From positions 688 to 64,687 of the forward strand of contig JAEEML010000167.1 of the NCBI GenBank assembly GCA_016283195.1: DNA of 64,000 bases, read 5' to 3'. Position numbers and translations under genes: made by a program. Positions 1 to 8,644 of the stretch are shown here, piece after piece; the first letter of the stretch is position 1; each line of letters begins with the position of its first letter. Source of the stretch: Deltaproteobacteria bacterium (lineage in GTDB: Bacteria > JAEEML01). The notes beneath the pieces are model-generated. The model was not told the DNA's origin, did no database searches, and saw only the letters and a program-made list of their open reading frames with translations.

Positions 1-140
1 CTTTTGGTTAGCATGCGGCGCTGCCCGTTTTTATGCGACACTAGTTCTTGACTTTACTCTTTTTTTCTTTTTCGGGGAAAACCTCCGCTACTTTAGTTAT
101 CCATCACCTCACAAAATATATGTAAATTCAATTATATATG

Positions 141-170
141 CCCCTCTCCATTTTTACAAATAGAGAGGGG
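141..170. repeat. 30-bp imperfect palindrome CCCCTCTCCATTTTTACAAATAGAGAGGGG (hairpin element, copy 1)
   Basis: The two arms CCCCTCTC and GAGAGGGG pair, and so do ATTT and AAAT. Near-identical copies occur at 357-385, 4477-4506 and 5644-5675. Confidence 0.7.
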
Positions 171-238
171 CCCCATGTGAAAAACAGGCTCTAATGGCAG
201 TGGTGCGGTGGGGCGGCTGCCCGGCCTGGGCTTGGTGG

Positions 239-301
239 CTATTTGCCTTCGATGGTGGCGACCTCTTCGGGGGTTAGGGCGTAGAGTTGATAGAGCAGGG
301 C
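239..301 (-). pseudogene. Relic of a second Type IIG RM gene 3' end (encodes ...ALLYQLYALTPEEVATIEGK*)
   Basis: The reverse-complement translation matches the C-terminus of the adjacent 1224-aa enzyme (…LVYALYGLTEEEIATIEGK*). The flanking nucleotides ggtggctatttgccttcgatggtggcga (235-262) are near-identical to those at 437-464. No upstream ORF is attached to it. Confidence 0.7.
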
Positions 302-317
302 ATTTATTTGCCAGGGG

Positions 318-385
318 CCCTCACCCCGACAAGTACCGAAAATTATTAGCATCTCGCCCCTCTCCATTTTTACAAATAGAGAGGG
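318..385. repeat. Inverted copy of the ~50-bp repeat unit plus hairpin element copy 2
   Basis: ccctcaccccgacaagtaccgaaaattattagcatctcgcccctctccatttttacaaatagagaggg is the reverse complement of the unit that repeats in tandem at 4495-4665. Confidence 0.7.
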
Positions 386-441
386 CTCATCTATGTGAAT
401 TTATATGTGTTTCTAAAGTATCATGAGCTCTGGCGGGGTGG

Positions 442-3400
442 TTATTTGCCTTCGATGGTGGCGATCTCCTCCTCTGTCAGCCCGTAGAGCGCATAAACCA
501 GCCGGTCTATCTCCTGCTCAAGTGCGGAGGTGTCAGCTTTGGGGTCGGCTTTCTTGGCGGCGAGAATTTGGTCAACAATGTTGATGATATTTTTTTCTGT
601 GATTTCTGGAACAACTTTGGGAAGAGGAATGGCAAGCAATGGTTCTTTGTCAACTTGATAGTTTTTTCCTTGCATTTTCCCTTTGTTTTTCAGCCAGAAA
701 GCAACAAGTTTTGAGTTGAGAAGTCCTGTAAGAAATTTCATATTCCAGCGTGATGTCTGAATGACATTCACTGCCATCATAACGTAAGTTGCAGATTCAC
801 AATAAACAAATGTTGGTACAATACATTTTCTAACCGATAATATTTTTGCCCCATTTTTAAAGAATTTTTCATCACGAGCCCAATGCAAATGATAATATTC
901 GATTCTTCCAATTCGATTTTCTCGCCGTTGCTCCATTATTTCTTTATATTTCATTAAGTGATTTTTGAGATTCGGAGCATCGTCTTTCCAATTTGATTTT
1001 GTTATATAGAGAATACATTTATCATTATGTTCATTGAGAAAATAACGTTCCATTTGATAAGGCTCGTATAGCGGTTTTATATATTTTTTTTCGGCAGAAT
1101 CTAGGTTAATAAATTTGTTCTCATCTACAATAAATACGCCTTCACCAATTTCTGCAGACGAATTTCTTAAAAGTTTGATATTGCGAGAATTTACGACATC
1201 AGGATTTGGTACAATTCCTTGTGCAACTTCATCTTCAGTAAGATATATTTTGTCATTCGCTATTTTGTCAAAAATAGATTCGTTATCACTAAATGTTAGA
1301 AGTTTTTCCTGAAAGTTTCCTCGTATTATTTCTGGATTCGAATATTTTGTTTTTGGGGCACTTCGCTTTTCAAGCAGTGCAAACATATCTTCTTTTACTG
1401 AATCAGCTAGTAATACTCTATGATCAAAGAAGTATCCATCCTCTTTATTGTTGCGCTCAAAAAGCATTATCATTGTTTGGATGTCAGCGTTTTCAAAAAT
1501 CATATAGGTATTAAAATCGACCAGTTGCTTGATTTTTGTATCCTCAATAACCTTTATACGCATAAGTTTTGCACCAGCGCTTGTTGTCCAATTATTTTGA
1601 GCTATGAAGCAAAGCAAACCATTTTTGTGGGTTAAATCTATTCCTTGACAGGCAAAACCGTACCATAAATCCATTTTGCCAATATAGTATGGACTTAATT
1701 CTCTAAAACCATTAAAAGCGGACCTGTTTGCATATTCTTTAATATATGGAGGATTTCCAATCACTACATCAAATCCCAGAAATTTACCATTATTATCCAA
1801 AAGTTCCGGAAACTCGATCATCCACTCAAATGAGTTTTTATAAATATCATCGGTAAAAACGCGTTTGTTATGCTCTTCGTCAAAGAGGTCAAGCTGTGCT
1901 GTTTGGTGAATTTCACCTTTTAAGCGCTCAATTTGTTTGTTGACTTCTTTTTTATTCTCTTTGTTGTTCTCATTCTTGTATTTTTTAACTGCCGCCTTGT
2001 AATCTTTAATAATATCAGCTGTTTTTTGCGGATTGCCTTTTTGCAAAATCGAGTTTCCAACTTCCACGCTATATTTGCTTATAAGGCTGTTGCCGCATTT
2101 AATATTTATATCAATATTCGGTAATGTTTCCAGCTCCTTATAGCTGCTTTCTTTGGTGTAATAGGCGTTTTTTAGTAGCTCAATCCAGAGGCGCAAGCGG
2201 CAGATATAAACACTGTTGGGGTTTATATCCACGCCAAAGAGGCAGTTTTCAATGATAGTTAGCTTTTCTTTAAAGATAGTCTCTTGGAAGCGCTGTAATG
2301 TGCTGTTTGGCTTCCCATCGCTTTCGATGCGATAAGTTATTTGTTGGTTTTTTTCATCGAGCATTATGAGTTCATCGCCGTCGATTTCTATTTTCAGCTC
2401 TCTCTTGGAAATGAAATTTCCTGCGCTATCGCAGAGCAGGCCAAGGTAGGATTTTAAATAGAGCATTCTATTTAAAACAGAGACTAAAAAGTGGCCGGAA
2501 CCAACAGCCGGGTCACAGATTTTCAGCGAATTGAAAACGCTATTTGCCGCTTCAAGAGCCTCTTTTAAATCTGTGGCACCATCACCATCTAAGTGCCGAT
2601 TGAGTCTTACTCGCAACTCTTCAATATCTTTAGCTTTCCACTTGTATTGCTCATTGAATTTGCTAACTACCGCCCGATCAATCGCCTCTTTGGCCATATA
2701 AGAAGTTATAAAGCCGGGAGTGAAGAAAGATCCATCTTTATAGCCGTTTATGCGCTCAAAAATGAGACCCATGACCGAGGCATTAATGAGCGTTTTGTTA
2801 TCGCTGGCGATATCCTCTTTCTTCTCGCTGGCAAAGTTGTAGGCATCCAAAAAAGCCATGATGTAATCTAAAAGCTTTATTTGTGGCGGAACATTTTCAG
2901 CGTTATTCTTCCGCAAAACGCTTTTTTGATAGAGAGTTATATCTTCGTTGCAAATGCTTTGGATGCTTACGTGGTATTTTAGCTCTTCCTGTGATTTTTC
3001 AAAAAGCGAGCTATTGAGATACGGCACATTCTCATAACCGGCGTCACGATTCTCTTTTTGCCCTAAAACTTTAAAGAAAAGGTCGTTTAGTTTTCTAAAA
3101 CTATCAACACTTTTACTGGTAAAAAACTGGTAGTTTTTATCGTGATTATGGTAAGTTAGCTGTTGTGCTTCTACCAATTTTATGAATAGTAGGCGGTTGA
3201 CCCAAGTTAGTACCAGGCTAAGCGCAACCTCTTCTCGCTTTTGCTCGTCTCTCAGTTCTTCAAAATCGTCCAGAGCCGAAAGCGCCTGCTTCCATAGCGA
3301 ATTTTCCAGCTCATAGTTGAATTTGATGAGCTTTTTTTGCCCGTCTTTTACTTGCTTTAGGCCCATTATGTAGAGGAGCTCGGCGTAAAAATCCTCATCC

Positions 3401-4116
3401 AGGCTGTTGTTATCATTCTTAAATGGTTTATCGAGAAGTGTTTCCGGCGAAAAATAGTGATATAGTGCTATGAGGTCGTTTTGATTCTCTGGCCCGTAAC
3501 TATTGTAAATATCCTTTAGATTACAGTAAGTAAAGCTGAGTTGCTCCTTTATGCGTTCTATAAAAGGCGGAGCTATTTTTTTATAAAAATAATCGCTTGT
3601 TTGGTCGGTAGTTCGGCCGCAATTAAAATCTTCAAAGTCTTTCCTGAATTCCTTGTCCTCTTTGATGAATCTTAGAATTTCTGTTGCATCAAAGATAAAC
3701 CATTCTTCCCAGTTAGAAATAATGAGCTGCTTAATGCGATCCTGCTGTTTGTTAAAATACTGCTGGCAAAAATAGAGTAGTATTTCACAGAGAGCTTTTT
3801 TATTAAGCTCTTCTTTGGTGACCATTTCATTGGTGTTGCGAACTGTCTTAAACTCAAATAAAATACGCTGCTTATCATCTTGTGCGATGTACAAATCCAT
3901 GCGTTCTTTATTTAACTGAAAAAGGTGATCTTGGTAGAGAGTTTCAAAGAGTTTTTGTCCCAGGTTTTTTATCTGTTCTTCGTTATCACTTTTCTCGTCA
4001 TATTGATTCCAGACCTGTCTAAATGTCTGTTCAAATTTATCCCATTTTTCTTTTGGAATTGCTTGGTTGCTGAAGGCAATATTGCGCTTTTGCTGGTAGC
4101 TATATTCCTTCATCAC
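442..4116 (-). CDS. Type IIG restriction-modification enzyme: N-terminal PD-(D/E)xK-like nuclease region, gamma-class N6-adenine DNA methyltransferase, C-terminal target-recognition region
   Basis: 1224 aa. SAM-binding motif I DPAVGSGHFL and catalytic motif IV VIGNPPY are present. N-terminal D…EFK nuclease-like signature. The C-terminus resembles Eco57I/MmeI-type TRDs. An SD-like gaggtgg precedes the ATG. The gene is visibly AT-richer than its neighbours. Confidence 0.8.
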   Translation of the reverse strand: MMKEYSYQQKRNIAFSNQAIPKEKWDKFEQTFRQVWNQYDEKSDNEEQIKNLGQKLFETLYQDHLFQLNKERMDLYIAQDDKQRILFEFKTVRNTNEMVTKEELNKKALCEILLYFCQQYFNKQQDRIKQLIISNWEEWFIFDATEILRFIKEDKEFRKDFEDFNCGRTTDQTSDYFYKKIAPPFIERIKEQLSFTYCNLKDIYNSYGPENQNDLIALYHYFSPETLLDKPFKNDNNSLDEDFYAELLYIMGLKQVKDGQKKLIKFNYELENSLWKQALSALDDFEELRDEQKREEVALSLVLTWVNRLLFIKLVEAQQLTYHNHDKNYQFFTSKSVDSFRKLNDLFFKVLGQKENRDAGYENVPYLNSSLFEKSQEELKYHVSIQSICNEDITLYQKSVLRKNNAENVPPQIKLLDYIMAFLDAYNFASEKKEDIASDNKTLINASVMGLIFERINGYKDGSFFTPGFITSYMAKEAIDRAVVSKFNEQYKWKAKDIEELRVRLNRHLDGDGATDLKEALEAANSVFNSLKICDPAVGSGHFLVSVLNRMLYLKSYLGLLCDSAGNFISKRELKIEIDGDELIMLDEKNQQITYRIESDGKPNSTLQRFQETIFKEKLTIIENCLFGVDINPNSVYICRLRLWIELLKNAYYTKESSYKELETLPNIDINIKCGNSLISKYSVEVGNSILQKGNPQKTADIIKDYKAAVKKYKNENNKENKKEVNKQIERLKGEIHQTAQLDLFDEEHNKRVFTDDIYKNSFEWMIEFPELLDNNGKFLGFDVVIGNPPYIKEYANRSAFNGFRELSPYYIGKMDLWYGFACQGIDLTHKNGLLCFIAQNNWTTSAGAKLMRIKVIEDTKIKQLVDFNTYMIFENADIQTMIMLFERNNKEDGYFFDHRVLLADSVKEDMFALLEKRSAPKTKYSNPEIIRGNFQEKLLTFSDNESIFDKIANDKIYLTEDEVAQGIVPNPDVVNSRNIKLLRNSSAEIGEGVFIVDENKFINLDSAEKKYIKPLYEPYQMERYFLNEHNDKCILYITKSNWKDDAPNLKNHLMKYKEIMEQRRENRIGRIEYYHLHWARDEKFFKNGAKILSVRKCIVPTFVYCESATYVMMAVNVIQTSRWNMKFLTGLLNSKLVAFWLKNKGKMQGKNYQVDKEPLLAIPLPKVVPEITEKNIINIVDQILAAKKADPKADTSALEQEIDRLVYALYGLTEEEIATIEGK

Positions 4117-4196
4117 GCCACCTCGCTCGCGCTAGCAGCGCAATTTTTAAGCTCAAATTTTCTGGAATAATTGCTTAAATTTCTTGAAAAAAACTC

Positions 4197-4295
<99 letters not shown>

Positions 4296-4476
4296 GGGTG
4301 AACAGATTCATTGATTTAGCTCCATCTAACAAAATTAATGTTGCCAGCTAACCCATCGCGGACCAGCCATGCCAAACTGAGCCGGAACCCTAGCAGGTTT
4401 TTTGCCACTTTGGAATTACTTTTTTGTAATAACTAGCTGGTATCACGCCATGTAAAAAAATGCCTTCCAGAGGAGC

Positions 4477-4506
4477 CCCTCTCTATTTGTAAAAATGGAG
4501 AGGGGC
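4477..4506. repeat. Hairpin palindrome copy 3 (CCCCTCTCTATTTGTAAAAATGGAGAGGGG), inverted relative to copies 1 and 2
   Basis: Direct sequence match to the reverse complement of 141-170. Confidence 0.7.
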
Positions 4507-4665
4507 AAGAAGCTAATAAAATCCACTACTTGTCGGGGTGAGGGAAGGAAAAAATGGAGAGGGGCAAGAAGCTAATAAAATCCACTACTTGTCGGGGTGA
4601 GGGAAAATGGAGAGGGGCGAGATGCTAATAAAATCCAGTACTTGTCGTGGTGAGGGCGGTAAAAA
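4495..4665. repeat. Tandem array of three 53-59-bp direct repeats (atggagaggggcaagaagctaataaaatccactacttgtcggggtgaggg…)
   Basis: Units lie at 4495-4544, 4554-4603 and 4607-4656, and the third is diverged. Each unit contains a GGGGCAAG…CTTGtCGGGG stem-loop. The array is contiguous, without spacers. Confidence 0.85.
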
Positions 4666-4724
4666 TAGCGGCGAGAAGCTTGCGGAGATAGATGTTAATG
4701 CTGAAACTATTAATGTTTTGGCAC

Positions 4725-5342
4725 TTATTCTTTGCTGAGATTACCGAATTTGAAGGTGAAGCCAAGAGTGACACCCGGATAGCCAATATCAAAATTCATG
4801 CCGACATATTTTGAAAAGTTCCAGTAAGCGCCAACGCTTATATCAAAAGAAAAGACCACACCACCAATATACGGAAGAATACCAACGCCAAAAAGAGAGC
4901 GGATGTAAAGAGTGCATTTATCCGTGGGATAAAAGGAGTAACGAAAACCGATTAAAGCATCTACCATGTAAGGATTATCAAGGACCCCTCCAAAAGCCTG
5001 ATAGGGCATATTGAAATTGGCATAGGAGGCGATTTCCAGATCAAAACTGTCATTTAAGGGGGAAAAGCCCTTGGGTACAATCGGGATACCGAAGCGCAAA
5101 CCGGTATATAGCGTTCCACCGTAGGTTATACCACCAATGATGTCCAAATTTAAAGGCCGGCGCTGCTTGGCACTATTCTTTAAAAATAAGTTGCTGTCAG
5201 AAGCAGCAGCCGTGTTCTCGGCGCCGGAACTGCTTTCGGTGCTAACGTTGGCATCAGCGGCAACGTCGTCTTCTTCTGCATGAAGTGGGGCCGCGGAAAT
5301 CATTGTGGCGGCAAACAACATCGTCATCAGGTACTTTCTCAT
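4725..5342 (-). CDS. Small outer-membrane beta-barrel protein (OmpW/OmpA-like fold family), secreted
   Basis: Signal peptide MRKYLMTMLFAATMISAAPLHA. Residues alternate between hydrophobic and polar, rich in Gly and aromatics. The C-terminus is aromatic (…FTFKFGNLSKE). Size 205 aa. Confidence 0.5.
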   Translation of the reverse strand: MRKYLMTMLFAATMISAAPLHAEEDDVAADANVSTESSSGAENTAAASDSNLFLKNSAKQRRPLNLDIIGGITYGGTLYTGLRFGIPIVPKGFSPLNDSFDLEIASYANFNMPYQAFGGVLDNPYMVDALIGFRYSFYPTDKCTLYIRSLFGVGILPYIGGVVFSFDISVGAYWNFSKYVGMNFDIGYPGVTLGFTFKFGNLSKE

Positions 5343-5643
5343 TTAATTTCTCCTTAGTGTATAATACACCTCTATTGGTGCAAAATTATTAGAAAATTTT
5401 GAATTTATGGATTGTTTAAAACTTGAATATGTGCTAAGATCAAATAAAGCAACTGAACTGAACTTCATGCACCTACCCTTAAAAGACAAACAAAAACAAA
5501 GGAAGGGTAGCACGTCTATATATAGATGTCAAGGAGAAAATATGGCGGCTGCGAGAATGGCTTAACTGCGCCACTATCTTGCTTAATATTACCAATAATA
5601 GTAAATCATAATTTGCAAAATATCCATATATATTCAATATGTT

Positions 5644-5675
5644 CCCCCTCTCTATTTACAAAAATGGAGAGGGGG
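5644..5675. repeat. Hairpin palindrome copy 4 plus a partial unit (ctagggggtgagg)
   Basis: ccccctctctatttacaaaaatggagaggggg matches the element at 4477-4506. Confidence 0.7.
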
Positions 5676-5689
5676 CTAGGGGGTGAGGT

Positions 5690-6286
5690 TTAGTCCCTGA
5701 CGCAACGCACGAATAAGGCGCAATCCTTGCCGCAGTAGCAGTTTGCGTACGCATAGTCATTGTCTAAGCACAGGGCGTATGTATCGGAGCTACTGTACTC
5801 CGTGGACGACCAGAAGTAGGCGTCGTAACCTAAATTTTGGTAATTGTCGCCGTAGTAGCCGCCAGCGGGTAGGGCGCCAAAGCCAAAATCATCACCGCCT
5901 TGATAGGGGTAATTAATCCAAGCTGGGCTATTTGCTATGAGAGCTAGAAATGTTGATTCACTTCTTTTAAAAAATCCAGCTATTTTCAGCAATTCTTCAA
6001 AATCTTCTTTGCTCGGTAAACGCCAGTTACTTGGACAGGCTGTTTGCGCCGCATCCCATGTATATGAATAGCCATATTCATCATCATATTCACTGTTACC
6101 ATCGGCAGAAAAGTAATCAGTTCCCTTAGTGCCATTGGCATAGCGTAGATTTTCTGCCAGCCACTCTTTATTACCGATTTTTATAGTCTTATAAGTGACA
6201 TTTATGCCACCGCGATTATCAGTGAGTGAACCAAAGGATTGTTTTATAAAACTGCAATTACTATTTAGCCAGTCTACATCATAAAT
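5690..6286 (-). pseudogene. N-terminally truncated Fibrobacter-succinogenes-major-paralogous-domain (TIGR02145-like) gene
   Basis: The frame translates to …VTYKTIKIGNKEWLAENLRY…YSYTWDAAQTACPSNWRLPSKEDFEELL…YFWSSTEYSS…FVRCVRD*. The frame is open from a stop at 6287-6289 and has no ATG or signal peptide. The ORF track reports only the last 100 aa, from a TTG. Confidence 0.6.
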
Positions 6287-6420
6287 TCAGACAGGTGAAC
6301 CACTTGTACGCTGATTTCAGATTTGATTTTCACTGCAGATAGCTACTGTAGTGAAAGGTGAAACGGGAAACGGGATCTTTGGGTTCGGCCCTTAAAGCAA
6401 GCGATTTTATGTGCTGATGG

Positions 6421-6639
6421 TTAGTCTCTTACGCAACGTACCGAAAACCAGCCACTTTTGTGGTTAGGATCGGCGGGGTCGCAATTGCGAAAGTAACCAA
6501 GGTCGGGATAGTAAACGTGCTCTAATTCCAAGGTATAGTACCACTCGAGACTATCTTCTTTCTCGAACTTGGTAGAAGACCAGAAAATGGCATAAAATCC
6601 GAAACTGTCAGAACTATAATTGTCGAAGCGTTTGTTTTT
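6421..6639 (-). pseudogene. Second FISUMP-type C-terminal gene fragment (…YAIFWSSTKFEKEDSLEWYYTLELEH…GWFSVRCVRD*)
   Basis: A 72-codon frame bounded by stops. Its C-terminus and 3' flank (ttagtctcttacgcaacg) parallel those of the 5690 fragment (ttagtccctgacgcaacg). Confidence 0.55.
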
Positions 6640-6803
6640 TTAAGCCTGTGCCGGGGAATGGTATGCCCTAATCGGCTCGGAAAAGCCAAAAATAATGCTT
6701 GCCAAATTGCGCGAAATTGTGCTAAAAGGCGCCGCAGTTTGCGTCCTTCCTTTGTGAAGGTTTTTGGCCCACCGATAGGCCCCGCTAAAGTTTAGTTTTT
6801 ATT

Positions 6804-8636
6804 ATGAAAAAACGTCTTAGAAAATTACCGCATATTTTAAAACGCATAGCTAAATCCTCATCCCTTGGCACTTGGCGCCTTATTGGCCTTTGCGCCATTG
6901 TGGGGCTCATGGCCGGTCTCGGCTCTATTGCTTTTCATCTTATGCTGGATGTGAGTCGCTATCTCTTTTTAGAGCAGCTTGGCGGTTGGCACCCCGGCGG
7001 GCCGGCTTTTGAAAAAGCCATTTTTACTGCTCCCGGCGTGCCGTTTCGTCCCTGGGTTATTCTCTTTTTGCCCATTATCGGCGGCCTTTTTAGCACTTAT
7101 GTCTGCCGCTTTTTTGCCCCGGAGACGGCCGGGCACGGCACCGATGCCGCTATTGCCGCTTATCACCACCATGGCGGTTTTGTGCGCAAGCGGGTGCCTA
7201 TAATCAAAGCCATAACGGCCGCCGTGACCATTGGTAGCGGCGGATCGGCCGGTGCTGAAGGGCCGATTACCCAAATAGGCGCCGGGTTCGGCTCTATGCT
7301 GGCCAGTTGGCTAAAACTCACCCCCAATGAGCGGCGGATTCTGATGGCTGCCGGTATGAGTGCCGGTGTTGGTGCCATCTTCCATGCGCCGCTGGCCGGA
7401 GCTCTTTTCGCCGCCGAGGTTTTTTACCGCGAGCTGGATTTGGAATTTGAAGTTATAATTCCGGCTGTTATCAGCTCCACTGTGGCCTATGCCACCTTTG
7501 CCAGCTGCTTTGGTTGGGATCCGCTTTTTCTTACAGGTAATTATACTTTTACTAACCCGCTTGAGCTGTTGCCTTATCTTATTTTGGCTGTCGTTGTCTC
7601 TTTTGGGGCTATTTTTTATGTAAAAACTTTTGAATCTATTTGTCGCTTTTTTAAAAACAGCACCATGCCTCTTTTTTTAAAGCCGGTTATCGGAGGCCTT
7701 TTAATTGGGTGCATTGGCCTCTTATTGCCCGAAACACTTGGCACCAGCTACGGTGTCTTGCAACAAATATTTTCCGGCCAGGCCAGCCTCTTTCTGCTCC
7801 TAAGTGTTGCGGTTTTAAAGATATTTTCCACGGGCCTCACTATTGGTAGCGGCGGAAGCGGCGGTGTATTCGGCCCGGCAATGGTTATTGGCGGATCTTT
7901 GGGCGGAGCCACCGGGATGCTGCTGGCGCTTTTATTCCCCGATATGAATCTCAGCCCCGGCGCTTTTGCTATTGTGGGCATGGCCGGCTTTTTCTCCGCT
8001 ACAGCCAATACGCCTATTTCTACTATTATTCTGGTGAGTGAGATGACAGGGAATTACCATCTTTTGGTGCCCGCCATGCTGGTGTGTTTTATGGGGTATC
8101 TTTTAACTAAGCGTCTCACTATTTACAGCTCACAGCTGCCAAACCGCTTTGAGGCCCCGGTGCATATTGGTGAAATGTTAAAAGCCGTTTTGCATAAAAT
8201 CCCCGTGGCTCAGCTTTTGGGCGACAAAAAACCGGAAGATTTTCCCGTAGTTAAGGAAAATACGCCGCTCCTCCAGATGAGCCAGCTCTTGAGCAATCAG
8301 CCTTATCACAGCTTCCCGGTTTTGGATGAAAACAATGAACTCATTGGCGTGGTTGATGATAAAGAGCTGCGTATGTCGATAGGGCACCATGAGCTTGAGC
8401 ATCTTTTAGTGGCCAGCGACTTGGCTCGCCGCCCGGTTTTTGTTACTCCTAATAACGACCTTTATACTGCTGTTTCCAAAATGTCGGCCGGGCATCTGGA
8501 TGAACTGATTGTGGTATCAGCCCATAATCATGAACAATTTAAGGCAATTATCAGTAATAGTGATATTATAAACGCCTACCATGAAACGCTTATCGGTGAA
8601 GTAACCAAGGAAGAAGAAGAGAGCAAGCTCAATTAA
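6804..8636 (+). CDS. ClC-family chloride channel / H+-Cl- antiporter with C-terminal CBS domain pair
   Basis: 610 aa, multi-TM. GSGGSAGAEGP selectivity-filter-like motif and GGSGGVFGP motif. A C-terminal soluble region with CBS-like repeats. Confidence 0.8.
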   Translation: MKKRLRKLPHILKRIAKSSSLGTWRLIGLCAIVGLMAGLGSIAFHLMLDVSRYLFLEQLGGWHPGGPAFEKAIFTAPGVPFRPWVILFLPIIGGLFSTYVCRFFAPETAGHGTDAAIAAYHHHGGFVRKRVPIIKAITAAVTIGSGGSAGAEGPITQIGAGFGSMLASWLKLTPNERRILMAAGMSAGVGAIFHAPLAGALFAAEVFYRELDLEFEVIIPAVISSTVAYATFASCFGWDPLFLTGNYTFTNPLELLPYLILAVVVSFGAIFYVKTFESICRFFKNSTMPLFLKPVIGGLLIGCIGLLLPETLGTSYGVLQQIFSGQASLFLLLSVAVLKIFSTGLTIGSGGSGGVFGPAMVIGGSLGGATGMLLALLFPDMNLSPGAFAIVGMAGFFSATANTPISTIILVSEMTGNYHLLVPAMLVCFMGYLLTKRLTIYSSQLPNRFEAPVHIGEMLKAVLHKIPVAQLLGDKKPEDFPVVKENTPLLQMSQLLSNQPYHSFPVLDENNELIGVVDDKELRMSIGHHELEHLLVASDLARRPVFVTPNNDLYTAVSKMSAGHLDELIVVSAHNHEQFKAIISNSDIINAYHETLIGEVTKEEEESKLN

Positions 8637-8644
8637 AAAAATGA

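Noticed and set aside
208-426. 72-aa plus-strand ORF
   Set aside because: It lies entirely within repeat and relic DNA (hairpin elements plus the RM C-terminal remnant on the other strand). Its composition is Arg/Gly-rich nonsense and it has no RBS.
4495-4665. Possible CRISPR array (regularly spaced repeats)
   Set aside because: The ~55-bp units are directly contiguous, with no unique spacers between them. Only three units are present and the last is degenerate. No cas genes are nearby. This is a tandem repeat, not a CRISPR.
6650-6803. Fluoride (crcB) riboswitch upstream of the ClC gene
   Set aside because: The ClC here is a full-length CBS-containing type, not a ClC-F. No recognisable crcB-motif core was seen in the leader.
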